64,000 bases of DNA from Narcine bancroftii (lineage: Eukaryota). Shown one piece after another: positions 62,751 to 64,000 of the stretch (position 1 is the stretch's first letter; the number at the start of each line of letters is the position of its first letter). The notes under the pieces were generated by a model. That model was given only the letters and a program-made list of their open reading frames with translations. It was not told where the DNA came from and ran no database searches. The translations under genes were made by a program, and so were the position numbers. The stretch lies in the NCBI RefSeq assembly GCF_036971445.1, contig NC_091478.1, positions 101,556,001-101,620,000 on the forward strand, read 5' to 3'.

Positions 62751-63039
62751 TATTCTGCACTTCAACCATCCTAACTCCAGTTGGATTTTCTCATGTTTAG
62801 GGCTTCAGGTTTGTTCTCTCAGCAAAAAGAAGCATTTTATTTGCCAAAAAAAAAATCAAAAACAGAAGAGATGTGGCCTGACCTGCTCAATCTTTCCAGA
62901 ATTTGTTTTCATTTTCCTGTCATTCAACCAATCAAACCTTCCCATAATAACCTCAGGCAGGTTCTCCTCAGTTTTCTGTTACTGCAGAGGCCCAAGCTAT
63001 TCAATCCTTCCCAGTAGAATAAATGTCAGGACCTCCCAA

Positions 63040-63380
63040 AACAATTAAACATTTTCTGAGCATAGTTATTGTTCTATTTTAGGAAATGTTGCAGCTAATA
63101 TGTACATAATAGCTCAACCAATAGCAATGTGATAATATCCAGATCATCTGTTTAATTAATAATGTTGATTGAAAGATTATTTTTACTCCTATACAAAAAT
63201 CACTCCATGGGATTTGTATGCCTACCTGATTACAAAGACTTGGTTCAACATTCTATATATTAGAGGCGCCTCTGCTCTCTTCAACATTCTCATATCATAA
63301 ATCCAGCCTTTTGTCTTCCTGTCTGGAGTGCAGTTTGAACCCATGATCTTCTAACAATTAAGATCCACATAAGCCACACC
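63040..63380 (-). mobile_element. DeuSINE/SacSINE1-like ancient SINE
   Basis: gcaatgtgataatatccagatcatctgttt..atgttgattgaaaga..ccatgggattt. Confidence 0.55.
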
Positions 63381-63539
63381 TAGATCAATTGCACACTATT
63401 AAAAGGGGCATTACCTTCACAGAAGTATAATTGTTTGTAAGCATGATAAATTGTCAATATAACATTGTGGAATTAGAGGTCTCAAGGCCGAGCATCCCAC
63501 CCTTGCAACTCTTGTTTGTACTGTTAAAATTGCAACTGA

Positions 63540-63762
63540 ATTTATACACACATACAGCAAGGTTACAGGCCCTTTTGGTCCATGAGCCTGTACTGCCCAA
63601 TTACACCCAATTAACCTACAACCCCCATATATTTTGAAGGGTGGGAGGAAACCAGTGCACCAAAAGAAATCCATGCAGAGATGGGGTGAATGTACAGGCA
63701 GCTCTGGATTTGAATCTGGGTCATTGGTGATGTAATAGTGTTGTGCTAACCCATGCTAACCA
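63540..63762 (-). mobile_element. HE1/V-SINE-like SINE
   Basis: atacagcaaggttacaggccc tail; ttttgaagggtgggaggaaaccag core; tttgaatctgggtc B-box. Confidence 0.8.
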
Positions 63763-64000
63763 TGAAGGCTAAATTTGTGGATGACCAATGCAAAGAATGG
63801 GCTTGTGTTCAGAGGCTATTTATAATCATAGCACTGACAAAAGAAACAAGCCCTTCATCCATCTGTATGCTGATCTATACTAATCCCATGCCTTCATTAA
63901 TTCTGTAAACCCTCCACACCCTGCTCATTCAAATACCTGTAAAAATGCCTCCACCGATTTATTCCCACTCCAATATTTGGATGTAATTAATGGAATGGAA

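Noticed and set aside
1-64000. Prokaryotic-type systems (CRISPR, operons, defence islands)
   Set aside because: No regularly spaced repeat-spacer array or dense coding; the content is vertebrate repeat-rich DNA.

Overview
Eukaryotic, AT-rich and CpG-poor genomic DNA with a repeat content typical of an elasmobranch (shark or ray): HE1/V-SINE-like SINEs sharing a 3' tail with CR1/HER1-like LINEs, SacSINE1/DeuSINE-like ancient SINEs, and Penelope-like remnants. I found no host protein-coding exon, RNA gene or CRISPR. All ORFs with recognisable protein motifs derive from transposable elements: Gypsy pol/gag, RTE/BovB-like, CR1, Rex1/Babar, L1-like and Penelope GIY-YIG. The window looks like a large intron or gene desert with several unique, motif-dense islands that may be conserved enhancers. 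Highlights: (i) two TSD-bounded 5'-inverted (twin-priming-type) LINE insertions from different clades, RTE and L1-like; (ii) Penelope terminal repeats carrying decayed minimal hammerhead-ribozyme cores, including a ~190-bp palindromic unit with its own TSD; (iii) a two-LTR Gypsy element with TSD, PBS and PPT that lacks RT-RNaseH; (iv) several nested insertions giving a relative chronology. Family names are from motif recognition, not database searches. Boundaries of old repeats are approximate.
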